NCBI GenBank assembly: GCA_963728595.1
Contig: CAVSLF010000001.1
Span: 1-64,000 of the forward strand
Length of the DNA: 64,000 nucleotides
Direction of reading: 5' to 3'
Source: an uncultured Nitrososphaeraceae archaeon
GTDB lineage: Archaea; Thermoproteota; Nitrososphaeria; Nitrososphaerales; Nitrososphaeraceae
Position 1 is the stretch's first letter. The number at the start of each line of letters is the position of its first letter. The notes under the pieces were generated by a model. That model did not search any database and was not told where the DNA came from. It saw only the letters and a list, made by a program, of their open reading frames with translations. The position numbers were made by a program, and so were the translations under genes. Of the stretch, positions 47,364 to 57,579 are shown in pieces.

Positions 47364-47525
47364 ATGGCACATAACGAGAATATTAGTATGGAGAAGAAAG
47401 AAGTAATAAGGAATCTTTATCTTTCAGGCATAGCAGAAGAATTTATTGCTATGCAGCTTGATATCGAAATTCCTGATGTTATAAAAGTGCTGAAAGAACT
47501 TGATGTCTATAAATCTCCAGATTGA
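47364..47525 (+). CDS. small HTH-like protein
   Basis: IRNLYLSGIAEEFIAMQLDIEIPDVIKVL. Confidence 0.6.
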   Translation: MAHNENISMEKKEVIRNLYLSGIAEEFIAMQLDIEIPDVIKVLKELDVYKSPD

Positions 47526-47603
47526 TTTGATATTTGGTTCACGCACGCTTATCCTTAGTATAATCATTTCCAGACAAAGTTTCAAATACAAAGAGTGCTA
47601 TAA

Positions 47604-47861
47604 TTGACTATGGAATCCCAAATTAACGAACAGCTGATGCAAAAACTATGTGAAGCTTTTAAAGAAGCTCGGAATAATGGAAAAATGCACGTAGACTTCG
47701 ATGAATTCCATAAACAACATAGTGAACTTGAACCGAATACAACATTAGAAATCCTGAAGAAAGAGGTACAAAATGGTATTATAGAAATTGACAACAAGTT
47801 AATTAGACCAACTCCTTTAGGTATTGAACGATGCAAGTTAGATAAGGCATTATATACGTAG
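47604..47861 (+). CDS. hypothetical protein (possible winged helix)
   Basis: ...GIIEIDNKLIRPTPLG wing-like end. Confidence 0.6.
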   Translation: MTMESQINEQLMQKLCEAFKEARNNGKMHVDFDEFHKQHSELEPNTTLEILKKEVQNGIIEIDNKLIRPTPLGIERCKLDKALYT

Positions 47862-48105
47862 AGAACGGAATATGTGACGCTTCTAAAAGCTTAACAGTTA
47901 CTAGGAGTGAGTACAAAATTCCAGTGTCTAAGTAGGTATATTGTCTAAGCTGGAGTGTAGAATAAAAAAAGTCAGCGGGTATTGAAAATAGGTAGATAGT
48001 TAACCAACAGATTTGCATTACCCCGCCAGATTTGAGTAGTAATGTAATTTTAATTTGTAGAATTTGAACAACAATTAGATATTATGTTTCCCATTCTATC
48101 TCAAG

Positions 48106-48426
48106 ATGGTCACAAATACATATGAGGTCAAGGCCCTACCAAATTCAATAAAATTTTACTTACCCCGAGTGGAGGGATACTTAGATGTTGTACGCGAAAT
48201 AGCATCTCGATATGGGAGTATGTCGCTAATAGAATTCGATGGATATTTTGAAGGAAAATTCGAACCTATCAAGTATACACGAGTAGAGGTTCATACAACG
48301 CGCATAAATGAAAAAAACATTATAGAATATGCGAATGCAGTTCGTGTCAAATTGGAACAAAAATCATTGGGGTTGGAATTCAACAACAAATTAATCCTTG
48401 TAAATGAAACTGAGACAAGACCATAA
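48106..48426 (+). CDS. hypothetical protein
   Basis: 106-aa intact ORF. Confidence 0.7.
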   Translation: MVTNTYEVKALPNSIKFYLPRVEGYLDVVREIASRYGSMSLIEFDGYFEGKFEPIKYTRVEVHTTRINEKNIIEYANAVRVKLEQKSLGLEFNNKLILVNETETRP

Positions 48427-48456
48427 ATCCCATACTAATAATCGAGTCTAGAGCAC

Positions 48457-48726
48457 ATGATACTAAACGATTATCTAATCTTTGTTATTGGGATATTTGC
48501 CACATTTTTTACGTTGTGGAGTACAGTGCCTCAGATTAGGAAGTCTCTTCGAACTAGGAAGACAGATGATGTCTCAAAATGGCTCATTATTTCCTTAATC
48601 GCAGGACTCTCATTATGGGTACTGTATGGAGTTACGAAAGGAGATATGATAATTACTGGTGCTAACAGCATCGGGGTTTCTCTCAATGTCTTTCTTCTGA
48701 TATTGAAGCAGAAATATAGTGACTAG
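48457..48726 (+). CDS. SemiSWEET (PQ-loop) transporter
   Basis: 3 TM segments; VPQIRKSLRTRKTDDVS, LWVLYG, AN. Confidence 0.9.
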   Translation: MILNDYLIFVIGIFATFFTLWSTVPQIRKSLRTRKTDDVSKWLIISLIAGLSLWVLYGVTKGDMIITGANSIGVSLNVFLLILKQKYSD

Positions 48727-48983
48727 TGATTTCTACGTTGATATTGGAATGCCTCTTGGAGGTTCGCAACAAAGATGACAACATTAAGTTAAATTAAAGT
48801 TAAACAGACAAGAAACGACGAATAGTTAATCTCGGATTTTAGTCACAGTATGTCTTACGTGATAATTTTTTATTTTCTGTGTGAAAGTCTCCATCAGTCT
48901 GGACATGTTACTAGCAATATGTCGATAATATAGGCTGTGTTGATGTTGCGACTGAATATAAGGCATGATACCATTATTAGTTT

Positions 48984-49328
48984 ATGGGATTAGAAGGAGA
49001 AGAAGTTTATACCGGATGGGCTTATGCCGATGGAGACAATTTTTATTCAGAGTCTTGGTCGATTGACATGCCCCCGTCTGATGCGTTTGTGAAGACCAGC
49101 CTTTGCGACGTGGTTGGCATTGAGCAAGGAGCTGCAGTCGAAGTAGGCATTCTTAACATTAGATATTTACTTCCAGACAATAGTAACGGAAGAGCCAATC
49201 TAGACGGCATCGATTGGCCCAATACTATTAAGGCATGGTCTAGTCCAAAAATGACGCATTTTACTTTTGCAATAAAGACTCGACAATGTTATGCATCAAT
49301 GTGTTGTACCGTGGGCTACTGGAGCTGA
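48984..49328 (+). CDS. beta-rich hypothetical protein
   Basis: Intact Trp/Tyr-rich ORF, first of a tight two-gene pair. Confidence 0.7.
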   Translation: MGLEGEEVYTGWAYADGDNFYSESWSIDMPPSDAFVKTSLCDVVGIEQGAAVEVGILNIRYLLPDNSNGRANLDGIDWPNTIKAWSSPKMTHFTFAIKTRQCYASMCCTVGYWS

Positions 49329-49337
49329 ATAGCAAAG

Positions 49338-49664
49338 TTGGACTATAACGAACAAAATTCCTTTTCTCAAAAGGGTAAGGTTCCAAAGACAAAATCAATC
49401 CGTAGTGTTGCTCTATTCGATGGAAATGACGGAACTATTCTTCACATGCACCATGTTATGACGATGGAGGGTTGTGAGCCGAGGGACATGGAAGAAATTG
49501 AAAAAGACGCAGTACGCTTTGCAAAAAAACTAGGCCATTCTGTTCAAAATTTAAAAATTCTGCGCGCACCTAACACTATAAACCCATTTGCAAAGTATCG
49601 CATTGATGTTTCAAAGCTGGAGTTTATTGAGCTACCTGAACCAAGAAAAGTGGTCGTAAAATAA
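49338..49664 (+). CDS. hypothetical protein
   Basis: Starts 9 nt after the previous stop; ILHMHHV motif. Confidence 0.7.
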   Translation: MDYNEQNSFSQKGKVPKTKSIRSVALFDGNDGTILHMHHVMTMEGCEPRDMEEIEKDAVRFAKKLGHSVQNLKILRAPNTINPFAKYRIDVSKLEFIELPEPRKVVVK

Positions 49665-49911
49665 AAATTGCTTCAACTAGTCTGACTTTACACATGATAG
49701 AAAGAAAAAGGATATTTCACGGCAAGTTTGTGTCTGAAGGATTATGCGTGTATTTCTTTTTCTAAGACCTCTTTAAGATGTGCAAATGTCTTAACCTATC
49801 CTTTTTGATGGTTTGCCATGTTTCAACGAGCTCGGTTTTATTTGCGCTTTGTGCGTCTTTAATATAGTATTTTTCTTATCAACAGTGCTAACTCATTGTG
49901 TTTAATATTAT

Positions 49912-50025
49912 TCTCCTGCAGGCAAGAGGCTTATTTCAGCCAGTCCCGTATTTGGCCTTTCCTCTCTACCGTAATAGTATTTCGGGGAACGGGACCGAAA
50001 CCCGTGATACCATTTCTGCAGGAGA
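49912..50025. ncRNA. candidate structured small RNA (~114 nt)
   Basis: Perfect 10-bp terminal inverted repeat, several internal stems, GC-rich in an AT-rich intergenic region. Confidence 0.4.
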
Positions 50026-50114
50026 CAGCATTAATTAGACAATATTACTTAATAAAATTTAGCACGAAATTGGCACGAACATGATGGTCTTATTGCGAGT
50101 CATATTGTTTTGTT

Positions 50115-51266
50115 CTAGACCCTTAGCACTCGTTTGTCGTACTTATTTTTCTTCACAAGCTTGACCATCTCTATCGCTCCCAAAATTGTCCGCATGATAT
50201 CTTTTTTCATGGGAGACTCGCTAGAATTCATCATGCCGTTATAGTTATTCTCCGTATCTTCAGCATACCACCCTCTGCTCCATCCCACAAAAGGAAATTT
50301 ACCGAAAACAAATCCCAATTGGGACCAAAACGATAACATCTCACCGGCAACATGTTGAATATTGTCCTGTCCTCCAGTAATTATGAACGCAGCGGCTTTA
50401 TCTCTGATAAGATACTGATTATGAGTAACCGATTGATTCTGTACACAATTCATCCTTTGAATCATTTGATAATATAATGAACTGGCATTTCCCCACCTGA
50501 TTGGTGTCGAAACTATCACTACATCTGACCAGAGTATCACCTTTTCGTAAATTTCTAACATCTGGTCTTCTTTATCCATTTCAGAAATTGAACAAGGAAA
50601 AATGCAAGCATTTGCATTCTTTGAATAGTAACCTTCACAGTGCTTAAAATTCAATTGTCTGAGCTTTATCAAGACGCATTCAGCACCCAGCTGATTCTTC
50701 GCATAATCTAATGCAAAGTTTAGTGCCCCTTCTGAGGTGCTTTTTCTTGGAGCAACATTGTCGGAGTTAGTAGTTGATATTCCCAAGACACGTACGTTGG
50801 TATCAACAGGAAGTTTTGAATCTTTGTCTAAATGTTTCAGATGATTTTTTACTGAATTTTCTAATTCCTTGTATTTCTTACGAGGAGTGTAAACTTTATT
50901 CCCTAGCGTTGACGGAACAGGATTTATGTAGATCTCGTTACCTATGAGTTTTGTTACAAAGGCATTCACACTATCTCCTCCTTTATGAGGCGACTTGCCC
51001 GTACGGACATTATATTTCCATCCGTGCCAAGGACACGTTACTATATCTTGTTTTAGATTCCCTTGACTTAGAGGACCTCCTTTATGCACACAGGTATCAG
51101 ATATTGCATGATATTTTCCATTAATATTGAATACAGCAATATCTACTCTGAGGCCCTTTTCATCAGAGATTGAAAAACTCTTCGACTTACCCTCTAGTAT
51201 TTCAGATGTTAAGCACAGATAACGAAGAACTGGATTGTTGTCATTATTTTCTAAATCTCGTTTCAT
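50115..51266 (-). CDS. Rieske domain/NAD(P)H-dependent FMN reductase (flavodoxin-like) fusion
   Basis: CVHKGGPL...CPWHGW; STS, HCEGYYS...CIFPC, TPIRWG, GGQD. Confidence 0.9.
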   Translation of the reverse strand: MKRDLENNDNNPVLRYLCLTSEILEGKSKSFSISDEKGLRVDIAVFNINGKYHAISDTCVHKGGPLSQGNLKQDIVTCPWHGWKYNVRTGKSPHKGGDSVNAFVTKLIGNEIYINPVPSTLGNKVYTPRKKYKELENSVKNHLKHLDKDSKLPVDTNVRVLGISTTNSDNVAPRKSTSEGALNFALDYAKNQLGAECVLIKLRQLNFKHCEGYYSKNANACIFPCSISEMDKEDQMLEIYEKVILWSDVVIVSTPIRWGNASSLYYQMIQRMNCVQNQSVTHNQYLIRDKAAAFIITGGQDNIQHVAGEMLSFWSQLGFVFGKFPFVGWSRGWYAEDTENNYNGMMNSSESPMKKDIMRTILGAIEMVKLVKKNKYDKRVLRV

Positions 51267-51402
51267 TTCACATACCTCTACTCTGTAATCAAAAACCTAC
51301 TAGTAAAGCTAATCTCTGAACACTACGCGATAGGCGACAATGTGTTGGAACCCCAGTATTCATCAAAAAACATAAATTGAAACTACTTAAATGGCATTTT
51401 GG

Positions 51403-51525
51403 TCATGCATTCCAATATTTTTGGCAAGTTAGGCATATGTAGTTCATGAATATGCCGGGATCGCAGGAAAGATTAGATTCACATTCACAAATTATACCGC
51501 ATGTTTTGCACTGATGTCGATGCAA
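51403..51525 (-). CDS. 40-aa Cys-rich microprotein
   Basis: (M)HRHQCKTCGIICECESNLSCDPGIFMNYICLTCQKYWNA*; TTG start, 7 Cys. Confidence 0.5.
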   Translation of the reverse strand: MHRHQCKTCGIICECESNLSCDPGIFMNYICLTCQKYWNA

Positions 51526-52003
51526 GGCAAAGATTTTTCCCACAGATAATTATACACATTATAACTTAAATAGACTATATCGTCATTTAATTGAATGATT
51601 GCGTTTGCAGTTTTCCATTCAAATTTAAGCCATCCCTTCTTCCCGGATATGGTAGATCGAACAAACAGAAATGATGAAAACAGTACAATTTCAAAATAAA
51701 TTACAAATGGATATTTGAACGCATAGCGTCATCTTGTTTTTCGTTTGTTAGCTACCAAAAGAGGAATTGCCTGATGCTGATCTACGCTTTCTGAAACGGC
51801 ATTAGTTTCTTAGCGAGTAATCATTTCTTTCACAGACGATTTACGAGCTCTTGAATATGTTGTGATGGCGATATTCTGCCCGGTGACTACGCACATTTCC
51901 TTGTATGACATTCCGCTTTTGCATAGTAGGCCATTAGTCTTAACATGCATTGTGGCAGGCCATTAGTCTAAAATTTATATTTATGAAATAGATTTCAGGT
52001 TTC

Positions 52004-52516
52004 ATGCCTTCAGATATATCTGGTACCATAGAGATTGATTTGGCAAAAGAACACAATCTAATAATTCAATCAATGGCATCGCCTACCGGACAACTAATTC
52101 AATTTTCTGGCACCATACCACTACAAACACACCCTGGCAATCTGATAAAATTTCAAATACGTGGAGATAAAGGCATTATTAATGTAATTGGATCCTCTAA
52201 TGAGGCGAATGTTCAGACAATGCGCACTCCAGAAACAAGTAATATATTCAATAGCTTGATCGAAAATATTCGTTCCTCACAAGAAATTGATAAAGAACAA
52301 ATTGTAACATTGTTAGAAGTTCTTAGAGATAACCTGACTCCAGGAGAGGCTGACAATCAAGACCTTGTTGAAAAATTAAAACGAATTTCAGCTGATAAAC
52401 AAAAGTTCGAAACTATATGGACCAAGACATCTCCCCTCATTCTAAAATCCATTAAGGAGCTTATCAACGCCGCTGTTATGAGGCCTTCACAATTAGACAC
52501 AACATCACAAAATTGA
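52004..52516 (+). CDS. hypothetical protein
   Basis: 170-aa intact ORF with TATA element upstream. Confidence 0.65.
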   Translation: MPSDISGTIEIDLAKEHNLIIQSMASPTGQLIQFSGTIPLQTHPGNLIKFQIRGDKGIINVIGSSNEANVQTMRTPETSNIFNSLIENIRSSQEIDKEQIVTLLEVLRDNLTPGEADNQDLVEKLKRISADKQKFETIWTKTSPLILKSIKELINAAVMRPSQLDTTSQN

Positions 52517-52674
52517 AGTGGTACAATCTATGGAAGATAAATTAGACTTCAATGTGAGTTTTACTGTATAAGTGGTTGATTCTGTAATGCTACGCTACTA
52601 ATTATGGAATTTGCTTGCTCTAGGAGTCCCAACCTATGGAGCCACTAATACCCATAATATACTCTCGACTTTAA

Positions 52675-53433
52675 TCAGCTAAATAATTTGCAAACAACAG
52701 GCATTGCATGTTTGTGTTTGTTTTTTTCTATTAATCCTTTTACTTTAACAGCTTTTTTCCTTAACTTATAACTAGAGATTGGTATTCTTCTTTCAATGTG
52801 GTCTAAGACTAGATCGATGTCGTCATAGGCAAGGCCAAGCTCTCCCTCTGCGGTATGACCTTTCCATAATCGGGCGCTGCTCTCTTTACTGATAATTTCA
52901 TCGGGAATTGATAAGTATCGAGCCAAAGCTCTCACTTCTGTTTTGTAGAGATCAGCTATCGGGAGTATGTCAGCTGCTCCATCACCATATTTAGTAAAGT
53001 ATCCTAGAGACATCTCGCTCTTGTCGCCTGTTCCCAATACGATGCCATTTAAAATAGATGCGTAATAATATATGAGCGACATTCTAAGTCTCACTAGCAA
53101 GTTCCCTCTTGCCAATTTGTTATCAGGAAGTTTTTGTATCAAGTATTTTTTCATTGTCTTTAATTCGATTAATTTATATCTAATGTTTAGCCGGCTAGCT
53201 AGTTCTACTGCATGTATTGTATCCTTCTTCGGTGTTACCGAAGAGTCTGGAAGGATCAATCCGAATACCTTTTTAGGTTCTATGGCTTTGGTTGCCAAAG
53301 ATACAGTCACTGCCGAGTCTATTCCGCCACTAATTCCTACAACAACTACTCGAGCGTTCCTCTTTTTCACTTCTTTTCTTATAAATCTGGTTATCGTAGA
53401 GCAAACTTGCTCATTGGAGATCTCCATTAACAA
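52675..53433 (-). CDS. nadE: NH3-dependent NAD+ synthetase
   Basis: GISGGIDS, RLRM, GTGDKSE..LGYFTKYGDG, DLYKTEV. Confidence 0.95.
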   Translation of the reverse strand: MLMEISNEQVCSTITRFIRKEVKKRNARVVVVGISGGIDSAVTVSLATKAIEPKKVFGLILPDSSVTPKKDTIHAVELASRLNIRYKLIELKTMKKYLIQKLPDNKLARGNLLVRLRMSLIYYYASILNGIVLGTGDKSEMSLGYFTKYGDGAADILPIADLYKTEVRALARYLSIPDEIISKESSARLWKGHTAEGELGLAYDDIDLVLDHIERRIPISSYKLRKKAVKVKGLIEKNKHKHAMPVVCKLFS

Positions 53434-53470
53434 TCAAAATTCATTATTGCAATAAATACTAAATAAAAAA

Positions 53471-53629
53471 TTATGCAGGTTCTGCCGAATCTTCCTTTTC
53501 ATCAACGGCTTCCGCTGCTTCTTCCCGTAAATTTTCTGCCGGACCTGTAGTTTCAGGATCTGATTCGGCTGCTCCCACACGCTTTTGATTCTTTTGTGCT
53601 TTATCTAAATTTTCAGTTGAATCACTCAT
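53471..53629 (-). CDS. 52-aa acidic hydrophilic microprotein
   Basis: MSDSTENLDKAQKNQKRVGAAESDPETTGPAENLREEAAEAVDEKEDSAEPA*; paralog at 63204-63365. Confidence 0.8.
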   Translation of the reverse strand: MSDSTENLDKAQKNQKRVGAAESDPETTGPAENLREEAAEAVDEKEDSAEPA

Positions 53630-53703
53630 CAATACGCTTTGAGCAATAAGGAATATCTGTATTATATAACCAACTTTGACGCTTGTACCTTCAAATTACA
53701 TGA

Positions 53704-54012
53704 TCAAAAAATTAAGAAAATAAAACAAAATAATTGAACATACTTTGCTCCTACGGGTTTCTTCATTTCGCCACTTATATTACCTAGAACAGTTGCAGCT
53801 CCACCAATTATTTTCTTGGCTACTTCTCCTGTTTGATTCAAAAGTGATGAGCCTTCAGTACTTGCGTTCTTGCCTACTTCGCTCACAGTTGTGTTCACCG
53901 CTTCACCTGTCTTATTCAGCACGCTTGATGGTGTTTTAGCGGCATCTCCAGCAGCGTTAGTTACGTTCTTCCCTACTTCAGACGCAGTAGCATTTGCAGA
54001 ATTAGTCGCTGA
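53704..54012 (-). pseudogene. 5'-truncated LEA-like repeat protein, paralog of 62726-63133
   Basis: ANATASEVGKNVTNAAG...KKIIGGAATVLGNISGEMKKP; no signal peptide. Confidence 0.65.
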
Positions 54013-54015
54013 ACA

Positions 54016-54287
54016 ATGAACGCGTTTCAAGGGGCGACAATATCGAGTATGTTTATACAGATTGGAAACACCAGAATCCACTCTCTAGAGTTGTGCCCGC
54101 ACAATTTATTCGGAACAACGACAGGGAAAAAAAGTATAAGGAAATGCTGCTGGATGCTTCTGAGACTGTTTTGGGCATTTTTGGATTCGATAGGACACTG
54201 TTCGGTAAACCAAAGGACAAGAAGTGGTGGATGCATTTAAGAAGGAATAGAATATCCGATGTGAAAGCTGAAATTGACAGCTATTAG
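54016..54287 (+). pseudogene. hypothetical protein, frameshifted
   Basis: ORFs 54016 and 54093 appear to join near 54095. Confidence 0.4.
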
Positions 54288-54458
54288 AGGCTAACCAGTA
54301 CTGGCTGTCGTCGACTCAAATAATCGTAGACTCGCTAATGTAGTTTCAATCCGCCTTTTCTGTACTTGTAATTGGAGAGAACATTCCCTTAGATAACAAA
54401 GACGGAGAGACAAACTACAACAGCTATAAATATCTGCTACAACTTTCAACTAGTAGTA

Positions 54459-54785
54459 TTGTCACTAGAGGCTGTTGCTCCAACGTTATTCACAATTGGG
54501 TCCGGCGGTCTTATTGGGTTTCTTGCTGGATTTGCGATTAAACGCGTATTTAAGATACTAGCCGTAATAGTGGGTATCTTCTTCGCAGCTCTTATGTATT
54601 TTCAGTCGCAGAACCTGATAAGTGTAAACTGGGATAAAATTCAATCAATGTCACAAGGAATGGTGTCAACGCTCGCCCATACATTGACAGACACTGGACA
54701 AATCTCTACTATTGCTGGAAATCTAGGCATTCCTCTCACGGGAGGACTTGCCGCCGGCTTTGCAATAGGTGTTATGAAGGGATAG
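54459..54785 (+). CDS. FUN14-family membrane protein
   Basis: GGLIGFLAGFAIKRV...Y...ISVNWDK...GGLAAGFAIG. Confidence 0.85.
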   Translation: MSLEAVAPTLFTIGSGGLIGFLAGFAIKRVFKILAVIVGIFFAALMYFQSQNLISVNWDKIQSMSQGMVSTLAHTLTDTGQISTIAGNLGIPLTGGLAAGFAIGVMKG

Positions 54786-54989
54786 CTTCGATTACATTTT
54801 GACATGTCACTTCTAGAAGGACAATAATGGGATTGATACCAGTATTAGGGTATGGCATTAGAGTGCCGCAAACTAACTAACGTCTATTCTTTTTCTCTAT
54901 TTCATGTCAAGGACATGGGATAGGGTCACAGAAGGAACTTTTGAGATTCGTGACACCACACGAATTAAGATTTCCGTTTAATTACTGTC

Positions 54990-55639
54990 ATGTGTTCATT
55001 TAAGGAATATGCAGTTGTAACAGTAGTTTCTGCAATTTTGATAGCGGGTGTTTTAACATTCCCGTTAGCTTTTAGCCATCAATCGGCTGATGCCAGCGAA
55101 TGTCAAAGTAAAATCTGTGAAGAATACTATCAAGAATAAGATTCAAGCAATAACAAGAGCCGCAAGCACGGGAAATGATGGAACAAGTTCCGATGGTATC
55201 TCTGGCACCGGGTACTAATGGTAACCCAGGTTCTAGCACGAATGGTGTTCCAGGCACCGAAGGGAGCAGAGGCATCGTTATTGCTCTCCCCTGAGTTGAC
55301 GGTATTAGTGATTCGACGGGAGCTGGTGGAGCTGCAGGAGCTGGAGGTGCTAGCGGAGCCCCCGGAATTGGATGTGTAGGCGCCGGCTGTAGTGGAGGTG
55401 CTGGTGGAGCTGGTGGAGCTGGTGGAGCTGGAGGAAGCAATTTTGGCTCAGCCGGTAGTGCTGCTGGCGGCTCGGCTTGTCAATCTAGTACCGGCGGAAC
55501 CTCTGCTTGTATAACCGGAAACGGTGGTACTGCTACAGGAGGATTGGCTGGTCCTGGAGGAGTTGGCGGAACAGGCGTCGGTGGTGCTGGTGGTAAGGGT
55601 GGCTTGGCAACTGTAGGCTCTGACGGTGCTAGTGGATAA
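54990..55639 (+). pseudogene. secreted Gly-rich (GGA/GxG repeat) protein with two frameshifts and one TGA
   Basis: MCSFKEYAVVTVVSAILIAGVLTFPLAFSHQSADA signal; then GAGGAAGAGGASGAPG...GGAGGAGGAGGAGG...GGAGGKGG...DGASG*. Confidence 0.7.
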
Positions 55640-56061
55640 AGCGCAGCGAGTCTGATACCTATAATAATAAAGCCAGAACCACAATACAGTTAGCTGAAAA
55701 TAATTTTAGATTTAACTACAGTAACGTTAACACTATAGTACTTGCTTGTTATATTGCTAGGGTTATCATAGGAAGTTATCTTTGAAGTCATCCGGATAAT
55801 ACGGTTAGAGCAGAATTTGCAAAATTGTCAGTGGGATATTTCGAAGAAACATAGAACCACAAGGCTGACAATAAAACCAAAGGTCCCTGAAATCAACAGG
55901 TTCTTGTTGAGATATATGGTGATCCTATATCTTATGTAAAATCTCGTAAAGAAATTTGTTATCACAACACGATCTTCGCTTTGTTTAGTTAAATAATAGC
56001 AAAATGCTCAGATCATTTTTTGGTGTTATAGAACAATAAAGTAAAGATTGTATTAAGTGGG

Positions 56062-56682
56062 TTAGCCTTCCGTGAGTTTTTCACTTGTCAGTTCTTCAGT
56101 TATAGTCTTGGTTTCTGTTATAGGCTTTTTAGTAACTTTTACTTCTTCCTTGACATAAGATTGTTTTGTTGTTTCGATTTCCTCTCTTTTTAGTGGTATC
56201 TTTATCTCAGTCCTTGACTCAACAGGTTCTTCATCAGTCATTTGCGGTTCTGACAGAGGTCTTCTCTCTAATACCAGCTCTTCGTGAGTCAGGCTAACAT
56301 CCATATGCTTTGTTTCCTTAATTGGTTCTTTTACTATTGTTGCCTCTTCCATTATCTGTTTTGTTCTAGGCTCAAGTCTTTCCTCTACCAATGACACAGT
56401 TGTTTCGGAGTCTCCCTGATCTTCTTCCAATGGTGACTCATGTTTGACGTACAAATCTTTTGCTTCTTTTTCCGTTACTTTCAAAATAAGTTGATTTCCA
56501 TTAAATTCCTGTGCCAGATGTTTTGGGATCTGAAACCACTTGGTGTTTACAATTCCTTTGTGGGTTATGACGTACTCTGAAGTTACTTGCCTGACTTCCC
56601 CAAGATTGTAATCGTCGATGCCCCGTGCCTCTTTCTTTATTACTTCGTCCCAAGGTATATTTCCATTATCGCTAGTTTCCAT
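56062..56682 (-). CDS. YsnF/AvaK (DUF2382) domain stress protein
   Basis: VSLVEERLEP, LTHEELVLERRP, IPLKREEIETTKQSYVKEEV. Confidence 0.85.
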   Translation of the reverse strand: METSDNGNIPWDEVIKKEARGIDDYNLGEVRQVTSEYVITHKGIVNTKWFQIPKHLAQEFNGNQLILKVTEKEAKDLYVKHESPLEEDQGDSETTVSLVEERLEPRTKQIMEEATIVKEPIKETKHMDVSLTHEELVLERRPLSEPQMTDEEPVESRTEIKIPLKREEIETTKQSYVKEEVKVTKKPITETKTITEELTSEKLTEG

Positions 56683-56772
56683 TATACAGTACTATCTTCA
56701 ACATACGATTTAATGCTTCAGAGTCTCAGAATAATAGAATTGAATTAAGAGATATGATGTATTATAAAGTAC

Positions 56773-57579
56773 TTGAAAGAGGAAAAGACAACTAAATCAA
56801 AAGAACAAGATAACATACAACCTTCCAAATCTGATAATGAAATTTTACCGTCAGAAAATCCCGAAAGTACCGTGAAGAGTAACTCAAAACTCCATCTTGA
56901 AGAAACGGTTGTCTCACCCGAAATGCCCAAGGCTACAATAACCGTAATTCGACCTACTATTATACAGAAAGAAGAATCCTTCACGGGAAGGGCTAGCGAT
57001 TTAATGGAATCAATGAAAGATAGGACCGAGGAAGCCTTCGATTCAATAAAGTCAGCAACCGGGCAAGGAGTAAGCCGAACTATATCAAACCTAGATTCAG
57101 AACCCCTTGTGATTCCAATTATAGAACAAAAGAGCTCTTCTGAGACTAAGACCTATACGGAGGAAATAACGATTGAAAAGAGAAAGGTTGAGCGAAAAAA
57201 GAACATTGAAGTTAACGTCGCTTTCGATGAAATTTTTGTCAATGGTAAAGAAATAGGAAGCAGTATGGGTGACACTTTTAAAGAAATAAAAGACAAAATA
57301 CTAGACATCGTTACTTTTGACCATGGTAGAGATGAGAAGCAACTAGAAAAAATCAAACATGACATGATCCCTCTGTTAGAAAATAGTAGTGAACAAGAAA
57401 AAGTTATTCCACTTTATGCCGAGCAGATAGTAATATCCAAAAGAACAGTCAAGATAGCAGATCTCATAATTCGTAAAAGAAAAGTGACTGACACACGCAA
57501 AGTGGGCATTGATCTGATAACTGAGCAATTGACAGTTCGAAATCCAACTGGCGGCGCGTTAACCTCGGATAATGATTAG
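56773..57579 (+). CDS. YsnF/AvaK (DUF2382)-like protein
   Basis: VIPIIEQK, VIPLYAEQIVISKRTVKIADLIIRKRKVT. Confidence 0.75.
   Translation: MKEEKTTKSKEQDNIQPSKSDNEILPSENPESTVKSNSKLHLEETVVSPEMPKATITVIRPTIIQKEESFTGRASDLMESMKDRTEEAFDSIKSATGQGVSRTISNLDSEPLVIPIIEQKSSSETKTYTEEITIEKRKVERKKNIEVNVAFDEIFVNGKEIGSSMGDTFKEIKDKILDIVTFDHGRDEKQLEKIKHDMIPLLENSSEQEKVIPLYAEQIVISKRTVKIADLIIRKRKVTDTRKVGIDLITEQLTVRNPTGGALTSDND

Noticed and set aside
49954..49966. GAGGAAAG on the minus strand resembling RNase P RNA CR-I
   Set aside because: The element is only ~114 nt and other RNase P conserved regions were not found
55072..55684. Pro-rich and Ser/Thr-rich minus-strand ORFs
   Set aside because: Antisense shadows of the plus-strand Gly-rich gene, which has a signal peptide
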